A stretch of DNA of 64,000 bases from an uncultured Gammaproteobacteria bacterium. Lineage in GTDB: Bacteria > Patescibacteriota > Patescibacteriia > Magasanikbacterales > UBA922. The stretch is taken from positions 22,280 through 86,279 of the forward strand of contig CAYFPJ010000003.1 of assembly GCA_964344965.1 (NCBI GenBank), written 5' to 3'. The position numbers and the translations under genes are program-made. Positions 18,174 to 26,529 of the stretch are shown piece after piece (positions within the stretch are counted from its first letter, which is position 1; every line of letters begins with the position of its first letter). A model generated the notes under the pieces. It saw nothing but the letters and a program-made list of their open reading frames with translations, was not told the origin of the DNA and did no database searches.

Positions 18174-19610
18174 TTGTTAATTTCAAAAAAATCTTCCTAC
18201 TTCGGAAGATTTTTTTGTTATCCATTACTATGTTATAATAAGCATAAATATATGCCAAAAAAACAAACCACATTTGATAAAGCCTACATTGTCACAGTAG
18301 ACATGGGTTATGGCCACCAAAGAGCAGTTCACCCTCTAAAGGATATTGCTGCTTGTCCTGTAGATTGGAAAGGTGTGGATATCATCACTGCCAATAATTA
18401 TGCTGGGATACCAAAGAGTGATCGTCGTAAATGGGAAAGCGGAAGGAAAATTTACGAGAAAATTTCTAGGATGAAAAAATTACCATTGATTGGTAAACAT
18501 ATTTTTGGAGTCATGGATCATATTCAAAGAATAGAACCATTTTACCCCAAAAGAGATCTTTCTAACCCTACATTGCAGGTCAAGCAGATTTATAAAATGA
18601 TAAAAGGGGGGTGGGGCAGGCACTTGATAGAGGAATTGAACAAAAATCCTTTACCTTATGTTACTTCTTTTTTTACCACTGCTTTTTTTGCAGAAGAACA
18701 TGGTTATAAAGGAGAAATATATTGTCTTTGCACTGACACAGATATCAGTAGAGCCTGGGTGCCAATCGATCCCAAGAAGAGTAGGATAAAATATTTTGCC
18801 CCCAACAAAAGAGTTAAGCATCGTCTTGAATTATATGGTGTGAGATCGAAAAATATTTTTATTACTGGTTTTCCTTTGCCAAAAGAGAATATTGGCCCTA
18901 AATTAAAAGTTTTGAAGGAAGATCTGGGGGCAAGAATTTGCAACCTTGATCCAGAAGGAAGATATCAAGAAAAGTATTCCGCAACTCTAAATCATTATCT
19001 GGGAAAGAAATATTGTGACGTCGCTATCCATCGCCCTTTGACCATTACCTTTGCTGTAGGTGGAGCAGGTGCCCAACGAGAAATCGGAGAGACTATCTTA
19101 AATAGTTTGCACAAATTGATTGTTAAGAAAAAAATAAAATTGAATCTCGTGGCTGGTTCTCGTAATGATGTCTATCGTTTTTATGAAGCAGTAGTCCGAT
19201 CACTTTGTTTGGAGAAGAGGTGTGGTGATTCAATAAACATAATTTATGACGAAGATAAAATAAAATATTTTTCTAAATTTAACCAAGCTTTACGCACGAC
19301 AGATATCTTATGGACCAAGCCCAGTGAGCTTTCTTTTTATGCAGGCTTGGCACTACCTATCATAATGGCACCAACAGTTGGTTCGCAGGAGGATTTCAAC
19401 AAACAATGGCTCATGTCAATTGGTGCTGGAGTTCCTCAGCCAGATCCTAAGTATACTCATGAATGGCTTCCTGATTGGCTTTCTTCTGGTTGGCTGGCAC
19501 AGGCTGCTGTAGAAGGTTTCTTGGATGCTCCTCGTAATGGTGCTTATCATATTGAAGATATAGTACTTCGAGGTAAGAAAAGTGAGATTGAGGATATGCA
19601 TCTTTTGTAA
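18174..19610 (+). CDS. GT-B glycosyltransferase, MGDG-synthase/MurG-like (putative); the likely start is 18252 (MPKKQ)
   Basis: VTVDMGYGHQRA resembles the GxGH N-terminal motif of GT28 enzymes. A later FAVGGAGAQ block also fits. Confidence 0.35.
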   Translation: MLISKKSSYFGRFFCYPLLCYNKHKYMPKKQTTFDKAYIVTVDMGYGHQRAVHPLKDIAACPVDWKGVDIITANNYAGIPKSDRRKWESGRKIYEKISRMKKLPLIGKHIFGVMDHIQRIEPFYPKRDLSNPTLQVKQIYKMIKGGWGRHLIEELNKNPLPYVTSFFTTAFFAEEHGYKGEIYCLCTDTDISRAWVPIDPKKSRIKYFAPNKRVKHRLELYGVRSKNIFITGFPLPKENIGPKLKVLKEDLGARICNLDPEGRYQEKYSATLNHYLGKKYCDVAIHRPLTITFAVGGAGAQREIGETILNSLHKLIVKKKIKLNLVAGSRNDVYRFYEAVVRSLCLEKRCGDSINIIYDEDKIKYFSKFNQALRTTDILWTKPSELSFYAGLALPIIMAPTVGSQEDFNKQWLMSIGAGVPQPDPKYTHEWLPDWLSSGWLAQAAVEGFLDAPRNGAYHIEDIVLRGKKSEIEDMHLL

Positions 19611-19639
19611 TTTTCAATTTGAAATTTACAATTTTTAAA

Positions 19640-20250
19640 CAATTTAAAATTTAAAGACCCCCCCGTGGGATTAAATCCCCAGCTTTTAGGCTGATCTTTC
19701 AAGTCCAGGCATCCTGTGATAGTATGTCCGTATATGAAATACGAAAGAAAATCCTCCCATACCATATACGATCATAAGTACCACATATGCTGGATTACCA
19801 AGTATCGCTACCAGGTACTAAAAGGTCAGGTTGCCATTAGATTACGTGAATTAATCAAACAAGTTTGTAAGCAACAAAGCGTTGAGATTATCGAGGGTCA
19901 CGTCCGCCCAGAACACGTCCACCTATTCGTCTCAGTACCTCCACACATCTCCATCAGCAAGCTGATGCAACTAGTCAAAGGACGAACAGGCAGAAAGATG
20001 CTCCAGGAATTTGAAGAGCTTCGCAAGCGATACTATGGCGGACACCTTTGGACAAGAGGATTCTACTCTGCCACTTCAGGTAATGTAACCGACGAAACCA
20101 TCCAACAATACGTACATAGCCAAGACAAGAAAGAAATGAAAGATGACGAAACATTCCAAGTAACAGAGTAATCGTACTTTAGTGTCATTCATGACAAATT
20201 CCCACAGATTCTTTCGGCTTTAGCCGATAGTGGTTCAAATTAAAATTAAA
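19640..20250 (+). mobile_element. IS200/IS605-family insertion sequence (tnpA only); boundaries approximate
   Basis: Y1/HUH transposase gene, with subterminal hairpin-capable sequences on both sides. Confidence 0.6.
19716..20171 (+). CDS. tnpA: IS200-type transposase TnpA (Y1 HUH); the likely true start is 19734 (MKYERK)
   Basis: HICWITKYRY, HVHLFVSVPP (HUH) and the catalytic YY...G region. ~140 aa. Confidence 0.85.
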   Translation: MIVCPYMKYERKSSHTIYDHKYHICWITKYRYQVLKGQVAIRLRELIKQVCKQQSVEIIEGHVRPEHVHLFVSVPPHISISKLMQLVKGRTGRKMLQEFEELRKRYYGGHLWTRGFYSATSGNVTDETIQQYVHSQDKKEMKDDETFQVTE

Positions 20251-20266
20251 AATTCCCAATTTTTTT

Positions 20267-21175
20267 ATGCTGTGGTTCTTCATAGCCCTATTAGGATATT
20301 TTTTTCTCGCTCTGACATTTATCCTCGACAAGCTAATCCTCACCAAGTCACTTGGTAAGCCGGTGGTCTATACTTTTTATTCCACCATTTTCATGTTTGG
20401 TGCTCTTTTAGCTCTACCTTTTGGAGTAGAATTTCTCAGTGGGATGGACTGGTGGTGGGCGATTGTTTCTGGGGTTGGGTTTGGTCTTGGTCTTTGGACT
20501 TTATTCAAGGCCGTGAAAATTGGGGAGGCCTCACATATCAATCCTTTTAATGGTGCTGTAGTGACAATTGTCACCTATCTTTTTTCCTCTCATTTTGTGG
20601 GAGAATCTCTCAGCAGCTTACAAATTTCTGGAATTGTTATTTTGATTTTTGCTTCACTCTTGCTGTCATTTGAAAAATCCAAAAAGCATAGTGGATTTCA
20701 TATTGGTTTTGTTTGGGCTATTATTTCGGGAATATTTTTTGCCATGTCCCACGTTAGTGCTAAGTATCTCTATGAACTATATCCATTCCTCACTGGTTTT
20801 GTATGGACGCGTGCTACTACTGGTCTAGTAGGACTTTTTGTTTTATTTTTTCCTTCGGTCCGGGCCACTTTGAAAAAGAAAGAACAAACCAAGAGATCAG
20901 AAAAAAAGAGAAAGAAAACTATCACTCTTGTTGTCAGCACAAAATTATTGGCAGTATTAGCAGTGATCTTGATTCAGTTTGCTGCTGCCATCGGTTCAGT
21001 TTCTCTTGTTATTGCTCTTAGCGGACTGCAGTACGCTCTCATGTTTGTCATGATTTACTTACTTACCAAGTTTGCTCCCAAAGTTTTCAAAGAATACTTT
21101 ACTAAACGTGAATTGACAGTGCAGTGGGTGGCAATTTTTCTTGTAGTTGTTGGTTCGGCGATGTTTGTATTGTAG
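20267..21175 (+). CDS. polytopic membrane protein (DMT/EamA-like, 10 TM) (putative)
   Basis: Hydrophobicity pattern only. Confidence 0.35.
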   Translation: MLWFFIALLGYFFLALTFILDKLILTKSLGKPVVYTFYSTIFMFGALLALPFGVEFLSGMDWWWAIVSGVGFGLGLWTLFKAVKIGEASHINPFNGAVVTIVTYLFSSHFVGESLSSLQISGIVILIFASLLLSFEKSKKHSGFHIGFVWAIISGIFFAMSHVSAKYLYELYPFLTGFVWTRATTGLVGLFVLFFPSVRATLKKKEQTKRSEKKRKKTITLVVSTKLLAVLAVILIQFAAAIGSVSLVIALSGLQYALMFVMIYLLTKFAPKVFKEYFTKRELTVQWVAIFLVVVGSAMFVL

Positions 21176-21203
21176 GAATTATGAATCAGGAATTATGAAT
21201 TAT
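21176..21203. repeat. left inverted repeat (ggaattatgaatcaggaattatgaatta) of the pair bracketing the four-helix-bundle gene
   Basis: It is the reverse complement of 21574-21601. A third related copy lies at 35112-35139. Confidence 0.6.
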
Positions 21204-21578
21204 TATGGAGGAAAAATTAAAAGTTTTACAGACCTACATGCTTGGAAGGAGGGTCATAGACTTGTTCTTATGATTTATGAAAGTGTTAAGTTTTTTCCAA
21301 AAGAAGAATTGTTTGGTCTCGTTAGTCAAATGAAAAGAAGTTCAGTTTCTGTGACATCAAATATTTCTGAGGGATTTAGTAGAAGTTCTTATAAAGATAA
21401 ATTAAGGTTTTACTTTATGTCACTTTCTTCGATTAGTGAACTGCAAAATCAAATTTTGATAGCTCGAGATGTGGGATATATCACTACAAAAAAATTTCAA
21501 GAATTAGCAACACAAAGTATAAAAGTACACAAAATAACTAATGGCTTGATAAAGAAAACAAAAACATATATATCATAA
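21195..21578 (+). CDS. four-helix-bundle protein (TIGR02436-like, the 23S rRNA intervening-sequence protein family)
   Basis: FTDLHAWKEGHRLVLMIYE...SQMKRSSVSVTSNISEGFSR is the family signature. AGGA RBS upstream of the ATG at 21195. Confidence 0.65.
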   Translation: MNYYGGKIKSFTDLHAWKEGHRLVLMIYESVKFFPKEELFGLVSQMKRSSVSVTSNISEGFSRSSYKDKLRFYFMSLSSISELQNQILIARDVGYITTKKFQELATQSIKVHKITNGLIKKTKTYIS

Positions 21579-21601
21579 TTCCTTATTCCTGATTCATAAT
21601 T
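21574..21601. repeat. right inverted repeat (ataattccttattcctgattcataattc)
   Basis: Seen directly. Confidence 0.6.
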
Positions 21602-21606
21602 CTTTT

Positions 21607-22602
21607 ATGAAATTCCTAAAACTCATATTCATAATAATTCTCATTTTGTTTACACTGTGGATAATCTCCTATCTCTTCAGTCACAAAAAATTTCCAGTTG
21701 AATATGGTATAAGCTTCAATCATCATCATGCGCAGTCTCTTGGATTTGATTGGCAGGAAGTCTATATGGAAATACTGGAGGATTTACAGCCAAAGCATAT
21801 TAGGATTGCAGCCATGTGGAGTGAGGTAGAGAATAAAAAAGGTGAATACAATTTTGCCAATGTTGACTGGATGATGGATAGAGCAGGAGTGAACGGTGCA
21901 AAAGTGGTGTTGGTAGTAGGCCAAAAAGCTCCGCGTTGGCCAGAGTGTCATGTGCCAGTATGGCTGGAGAGATATGATGACGTGGATTCATCTGCGTATT
22001 TGATAGATTATGTGGCTGCAGTTGTGAATCGTTACAAAGATCACCCGGCACTTGATATTTGGCAAATAGAGAATGAACCATATATCCGATTCAAATTTGG
22101 TGAGTGTGAAGGGTATAGGGAAGATTTGGTTAAAAAAGAGATAGATTTGGTAAGAGAACTGGATCCAGATCATAAAATCATTTTGACTGATAGTGGTGAG
22201 ATGTCTACCTGGCGTCAATCCAGCAAGTATGGTGATATTTTGGGGACTACTATGTATAGGATAGTGCGCACTCCTAGTGGGAAAATATTTAATTATAATT
22301 GGCTCCCTTCTGGATTTTATCGTCTAAAAGCTAAGATTTGGAAAAAGGATTATAATCATTTTTTTGTATCTGAACTCCAGGCTGAGCCGTGGTTTGGTGA
22401 TGCCGATCCAGTAGACACTTCAGTGGAAAAAATGGAAGAGACAATGAACATCGATCGTCTGCAAGTGCACATGGATTATGCTGAAACTGTGGGCGCCTCT
22501 CGCGTCTATCTGTGGGGGGTGGAGTGGTGGTATCTTATGAAGGAAAATTTTGCAGACAATAGCTATTGGGAGGCGGTAAAAAGTAAGATTGGCGAATCTT
22601 GA
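21607..22602 (+). CDS. glycoside hydrolase, clan GH-A (GH5-like TIM barrel), N-terminal TM anchor
   Basis: WQIENEPY (catalytic NEP motif), WSEVE...GEYNF and ELQAEPW blocks. Confidence 0.5.
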   Translation: MKFLKLIFIIILILFTLWIISYLFSHKKFPVEYGISFNHHHAQSLGFDWQEVYMEILEDLQPKHIRIAAMWSEVENKKGEYNFANVDWMMDRAGVNGAKVVLVVGQKAPRWPECHVPVWLERYDDVDSSAYLIDYVAAVVNRYKDHPALDIWQIENEPYIRFKFGECEGYREDLVKKEIDLVRELDPDHKIILTDSGEMSTWRQSSKYGDILGTTMYRIVRTPSGKIFNYNWLPSGFYRLKAKIWKKDYNHFFVSELQAEPWFGDADPVDTSVEKMEETMNIDRLQVHMDYAETVGASRVYLWGVEWWYLMKENFADNSYWEAVKSKIGES

Positions 22603-22757
22603 AATTTTTTAGGGTAAATTTTTCATCTGTGATATACTAATATTGTTAGTTAATCCATAGCAAGCGTCCCATAAGAAGCATCGGATGTGCTGACTAAATA
22701 TAAAGTAAAATTTATTCATACTTTGTCTTTTTGACGAGGTGTTTAACTATATAATAT

Positions 22758-23006
22758 ATGAAATGTGGAACAAATTGTTGTACAGGGTCAAAGGTTGGCT
22801 TTGCCCTAGTAATGATCGGCGCTCTCAATTGGGGTCTTGTCGGTTTGGGTGGATTTTTTGGAGGAGATTGGAACGTGGTGAATCTCCTTTTGGGTAGTGT
22901 AGAGTGGCTGGAGTCTCTTGTGTACCTACTAGTAGGACTTTCTGCTGTGATGATGCTTGTGGGTTGCAAATGCAAAAAGTGCAAGGCGGCGCCTAAAGCT
23001 GAATAA
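22758..23006 (+). CDS. DUF378-family small membrane protein
   Basis: ALVMIGALNWGLVGLGGFF is the DUF378 signature. Terminator hairpin at 23025-23051. Confidence 0.65.
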   Translation: MKCGTNCCTGSKVGFALVMIGALNWGLVGLGGFFGGDWNVVNLLLGSVEWLESLVYLLVGLSAVMMLVGCKCKKCKAAPKAE

Positions 23007-23024
23007 TTTAGCTTGCAAACACAG

Positions 23025-23051
23025 AAAGGACGGCTTCGGTCGTCTTTTTTG
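23025..23051 (+). terminator. intrinsic terminator (GGACGGC-ttcg-GTCGTC plus T-run)
   Basis: Seen directly. Confidence 0.6.
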
Positions 23052-23071
23052 TCCCATAGGCTCTAAAAAAT

Positions 23072-23779
23072 ATGAAAAAATTACAACTTTTGAGATCTAT
23101 TCGTGATGAATTGGAACAAAACAAGGAATTGGTTTACAAAAATGGTGTAACCAGATATCTTAAAGAAGATGTAAATCCAATCGGAGTACGCATGCCAAAA
23201 GTGCGCAGAATTGCCAAAAAATATTTTCCAAAAGATCTAAATAAAAAAGAAATTTTTGAACTTTGTGAGCAGTTACTTGAGAAGAGAACGATGGAGGAGA
23301 CATTTATTGCTTTTGCTTGGGTTCGTAGAATTGAAGATAATTTGGTGATTACAGATTTTGCCAGGTTAGAAAGATGGCTAAAAAAATATGTAGACAATTG
23401 GGCTTTTTGTGATGATTTTTGTACCCATGCCTTTGGCTCTTTTATTTTGCAGTTTCCAAGCCTTATTCCAAGGGTAAAAAAATGGACAAAATCAAAAAAT
23501 CGGTGGCTTAGACGTGCTTCAGCAGTAATCTTTATTCATGCCATCAAAAAGAAAGCATATCTAAAGCATATCTTTGAGATTGCTGATATTTTACTCCTAG
23601 ATCGGGATGATCTAGTCCAAAAGGGGTACGGCTGGGCTCTAAAAGAAGCTAGTAATAAATATCCAGCAAAGGTGTTTGCATTTGTGATGAAAAGAAAAAA
23701 ACAAATGCCAAGGACAGCATTGCGGTATGCCATTGAAAAATATCCTCAGGAAATGAGGAAAGAAGCTATGAAAAAATAG
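23072..23779 (+). CDS. DNA alkylation repair protein (AlkC/AlkD-like HEAT-repeat family)
   Basis: Overall similarity to the PF08713 family (…GVRMPKVRRIAKKYF…WAFCDDFC…). Recalled from memory. Confidence 0.5.
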   Translation: MKKLQLLRSIRDELEQNKELVYKNGVTRYLKEDVNPIGVRMPKVRRIAKKYFPKDLNKKEIFELCEQLLEKRTMEETFIAFAWVRRIEDNLVITDFARLERWLKKYVDNWAFCDDFCTHAFGSFILQFPSLIPRVKKWTKSKNRWLRRASAVIFIHAIKKKAYLKHIFEIADILLLDRDDLVQKGYGWALKEASNKYPAKVFAFVMKRKKQMPRTALRYAIEKYPQEMRKEAMKK

Positions 23780-23859
23780 CTAATTTTAGCCAAATTTTCA
23801 TGAAGTCTTATTTACTCCCGTTTTTTTGTCACAATAGTGGATTTTGACCGTTAAAATAC

Positions 23860-23888
23860 TTGACAAAAGTTCCAATTTGGTGTATCTT
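23860..23888 (+). promoter_or_regulatory. sigma70-like promoter (TTGACA, 17 nt, TATCTT) upstream of the subtilisin gene
   Basis: Hexamer match and spacing seen directly. Confidence 0.4.
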
Positions 23889-23925
23889 GGTATATCAATT
23901 GATTTTTAAATAATTTAGCAAAATT

Positions 23926-26496
23926 ATGCATTTTTATTACAAAAAAATATTACGAAAAACTGGCTTGTCACTAGCAGCTGTCTTGCTTGTGATGATGACT
24001 TTTGTCCCTTCTTATGCTGTGTACGCAGATGAGAGACGCGGTGACACAAGATCAGATTCATCAAATAGTAGATCTTCTGAAAGATCCACCGAAGTTCGTT
24101 CTGAAAGTAGGTCTGAGCAAACAAGATCTTCTGAATCAAGTAGCTCAAACAGAAAGTCTACTTCTTTAAGACCTACTACAAATTCTTCTTCAGTCAGTTC
24201 TAGACCAGTGTTTGACAAAATTATCAGAGAGCAGTTTGCTGAGTCAAAAATGGAAAATATTGAAAAAAAATTACCTTACACACAAGGTGAGGTTTTGGTA
24301 AAATTTAGAAAAAATAAAATTAATTTAAAACAAGTTACAGGAATAAAGGATGCCAATACTTTTTCTAATCTTCGTAACTTAGAAAATAAGAGAAACATTC
24401 GTAATAGTAATATTTCTATCATGAAAACAACTGGTGACGAATCAGTTGAGCAGTTGATTGACAGATTGAAGAGCGATGCAAATGTCGAGTATGTAGAGCC
24501 AAATTATGTTCATCCTTGGTCTGCAAATGTCCCAGATGATACTGCTTTTGGTAGTTTGTGGGGCATGAATAATGATGGTGATACAGATATAGACGCACCC
24601 GAGGCTTGGGATATTTTTACAGGTAGTTCTGATATGGTCGTGGCTGTGTTAGACTCTGGTGTGGGTTACAACCATCCTGACCTAAAAGCTAATATGTGGG
24701 ATGGTACAGATTGTAAAGACCAGTTTGGTAGTCAGAGCACCTGCCCTTTTCATGGTTGGGATTTTATCAACGATGACAACAATCCGGTGGATGATCATGG
24801 ACATGGAACTCATGTGGCTGGTACTATCGGTGCCGTAGGGAATAATGCTAGTGGTGTAGTTGGAGTGAATTGGGATGTTCAGATGATGGCTCTGAAAGTT
24901 GGTGATGTGCTTGGTGCTGTGACTGGTGACATAGTTTCTGCTATTGATTTTGCAATTGAGAATGATGTTTATATTATCAATGCTAGTTTTGGTGGTTACT
25001 CTTTTTCACAAGCTGAGTATGATGCTATTAGTAAGTTTCAAGATTTTGGTGGCTTGTTTGTGACTGCAGCTGGTAATTTTGGAATTGATAATGAAGTCAT
25101 GCCGTATTATCCGTGTAGTTATGATCTGGATAATATTATTTGTGTAGCTGCTACAGATGAGACAGATGATTTGGCTTATTTTTCAAACTATGGGTTCAAC
25201 TCTGTAGATGTTGCAGCTCCAGGGCAATCTATTTTAAGTACTATTGTTTTTCCAAAAATAGAACTTGATGAATCTTTTAGAAATGGTTTGCCTGCTGGTT
25301 TTGAATCCAATGGTGATTGGGATTTTACTACAGATAATGGATTGTGGAGTGATATTACTTTTCCGTATAGTCCAAATAGTCATTTCACCCTCCAATCTCC
25401 TACTATGGATTTGTCTGGTGTTGATACTGCGAGTGTGCGTTTTAGTAGTATTTGTGATACAGAATATACAGATCCGGCGGGAGAGTCTGATTATATGGTG
25501 CTTGATCTAGCGAAAGACGGCATTAATTTTGATTATGAATTGGCTAGATTGAATTCTTATTCTATTCTCAATTCTTTTGCCAATGCTACAGAATTTTCTT
25601 TAACTATACCAGATGATTATTTCACTGATAATTTAAAGCTTCGAATCAGCTGGATTTCTGATGGTGATGATGATTTCGGGGACTTTGGTTCTGGTTGTCT
25701 TATTGCAGATATGAGGTTGGCTAGCTCTGAAGACGGTTTATCTGGACAGAATTACTACAGCAGCGGTACTTCTATGGCTGCTCCTCATGTTGCTGGGTTG
25801 GCTGCATTGATCAAAGGGTACAATCCAGAACTTACTTCTGCTGAAATTAAAGAAATTATTGTCAGTAGTGTAGATCCTATTGTTGCCTTAGAAGGTGATG
25901 TCTTGTACGAGGGTAGAATAAATGCTCACAGTGCGCTATTGGCAGCTGAAGGTAGTCATATTGTATCTGGTTATCTATTTTTTGGTGAAGAAGTGTTGGG
26001 AGATGTCTCTATTTCTCTTGAAGATAGTCAAGGACTAGAGGTCGCTAATACTTTGACAGATGAAAATGGATTTTATCAGTTTGAGGATGTCCCTACTGGT
26101 GAAGACTATAGTGTTATAGCTTCTTTAGTCAATGATGATACTTCTGAAGGAATAAATATTGCAGATGCATTTGTAATCAAGGCTTCGATTGGTAATGAAG
26201 AACTAGTCTTTGGTGATGACGGGTATAAGTGTATTGCGGCTGATGTAAATCAAGATGGTACTACCATAATTGACGATGCTTTTTTTGCAAAAGCTTATGC
26301 AGGACGAGGTGATCTTATGACTGCTTTGTTACTCCCACAATGGCTGTTTTTTGAAGATGTTCTAGGACTATCTTGTAGTGATAGTGTCCCAGGCACAGTT
26401 TTAAATATTGAAAATCTTTCTACCGACTCAGAAGACAACAATTTCCGGGCTGTGAGAGTCGGCGATGTGTTTGATGATTCAGCACCTTTAAATTAA
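23926..26496 (+). CDS. secreted subtilisin-like serine protease (S8), with an RS-rich low-complexity N-terminal region and a large C-terminal extension
   Basis: Catalytic triad blocks VAVLDSGV (Asp), HGTHVAGTIGA (His) and GTSMAAPHVAG (Ser). Signal peptide present. Confidence 0.85.
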   Translation: MHFYYKKILRKTGLSLAAVLLVMMTFVPSYAVYADERRGDTRSDSSNSRSSERSTEVRSESRSEQTRSSESSSSNRKSTSLRPTTNSSSVSSRPVFDKIIREQFAESKMENIEKKLPYTQGEVLVKFRKNKINLKQVTGIKDANTFSNLRNLENKRNIRNSNISIMKTTGDESVEQLIDRLKSDANVEYVEPNYVHPWSANVPDDTAFGSLWGMNNDGDTDIDAPEAWDIFTGSSDMVVAVLDSGVGYNHPDLKANMWDGTDCKDQFGSQSTCPFHGWDFINDDNNPVDDHGHGTHVAGTIGAVGNNASGVVGVNWDVQMMALKVGDVLGAVTGDIVSAIDFAIENDVYIINASFGGYSFSQAEYDAISKFQDFGGLFVTAAGNFGIDNEVMPYYPCSYDLDNIICVAATDETDDLAYFSNYGFNSVDVAAPGQSILSTIVFPKIELDESFRNGLPAGFESNGDWDFTTDNGLWSDITFPYSPNSHFTLQSPTMDLSGVDTASVRFSSICDTEYTDPAGESDYMVLDLAKDGINFDYELARLNSYSILNSFANATEFSLTIPDDYFTDNLKLRISWISDGDDDFGDFGSGCLIADMRLASSEDGLSGQNYYSSGTSMAAPHVAGLAALIKGYNPELTSAEIKEIIVSSVDPIVALEGDVLYEGRINAHSALLAAEGSHIVSGYLFFGEEVLGDVSISLEDSQGLEVANTLTDENGFYQFEDVPTGEDYSVIASLVNDDTSEGINIADAFVIKASIGNEELVFGDDGYKCIAADVNQDGTTIIDDAFFAKAYAGRGDLMTALLLPQWLFFEDVLGLSCSDSVPGTVLNIENLSTDSEDNNFRAVRVGDVFDDSAPLN

Positions 26497-26529
26497 TTAA
26501 AATTTTACAAAATAATTTAATTTACATTT

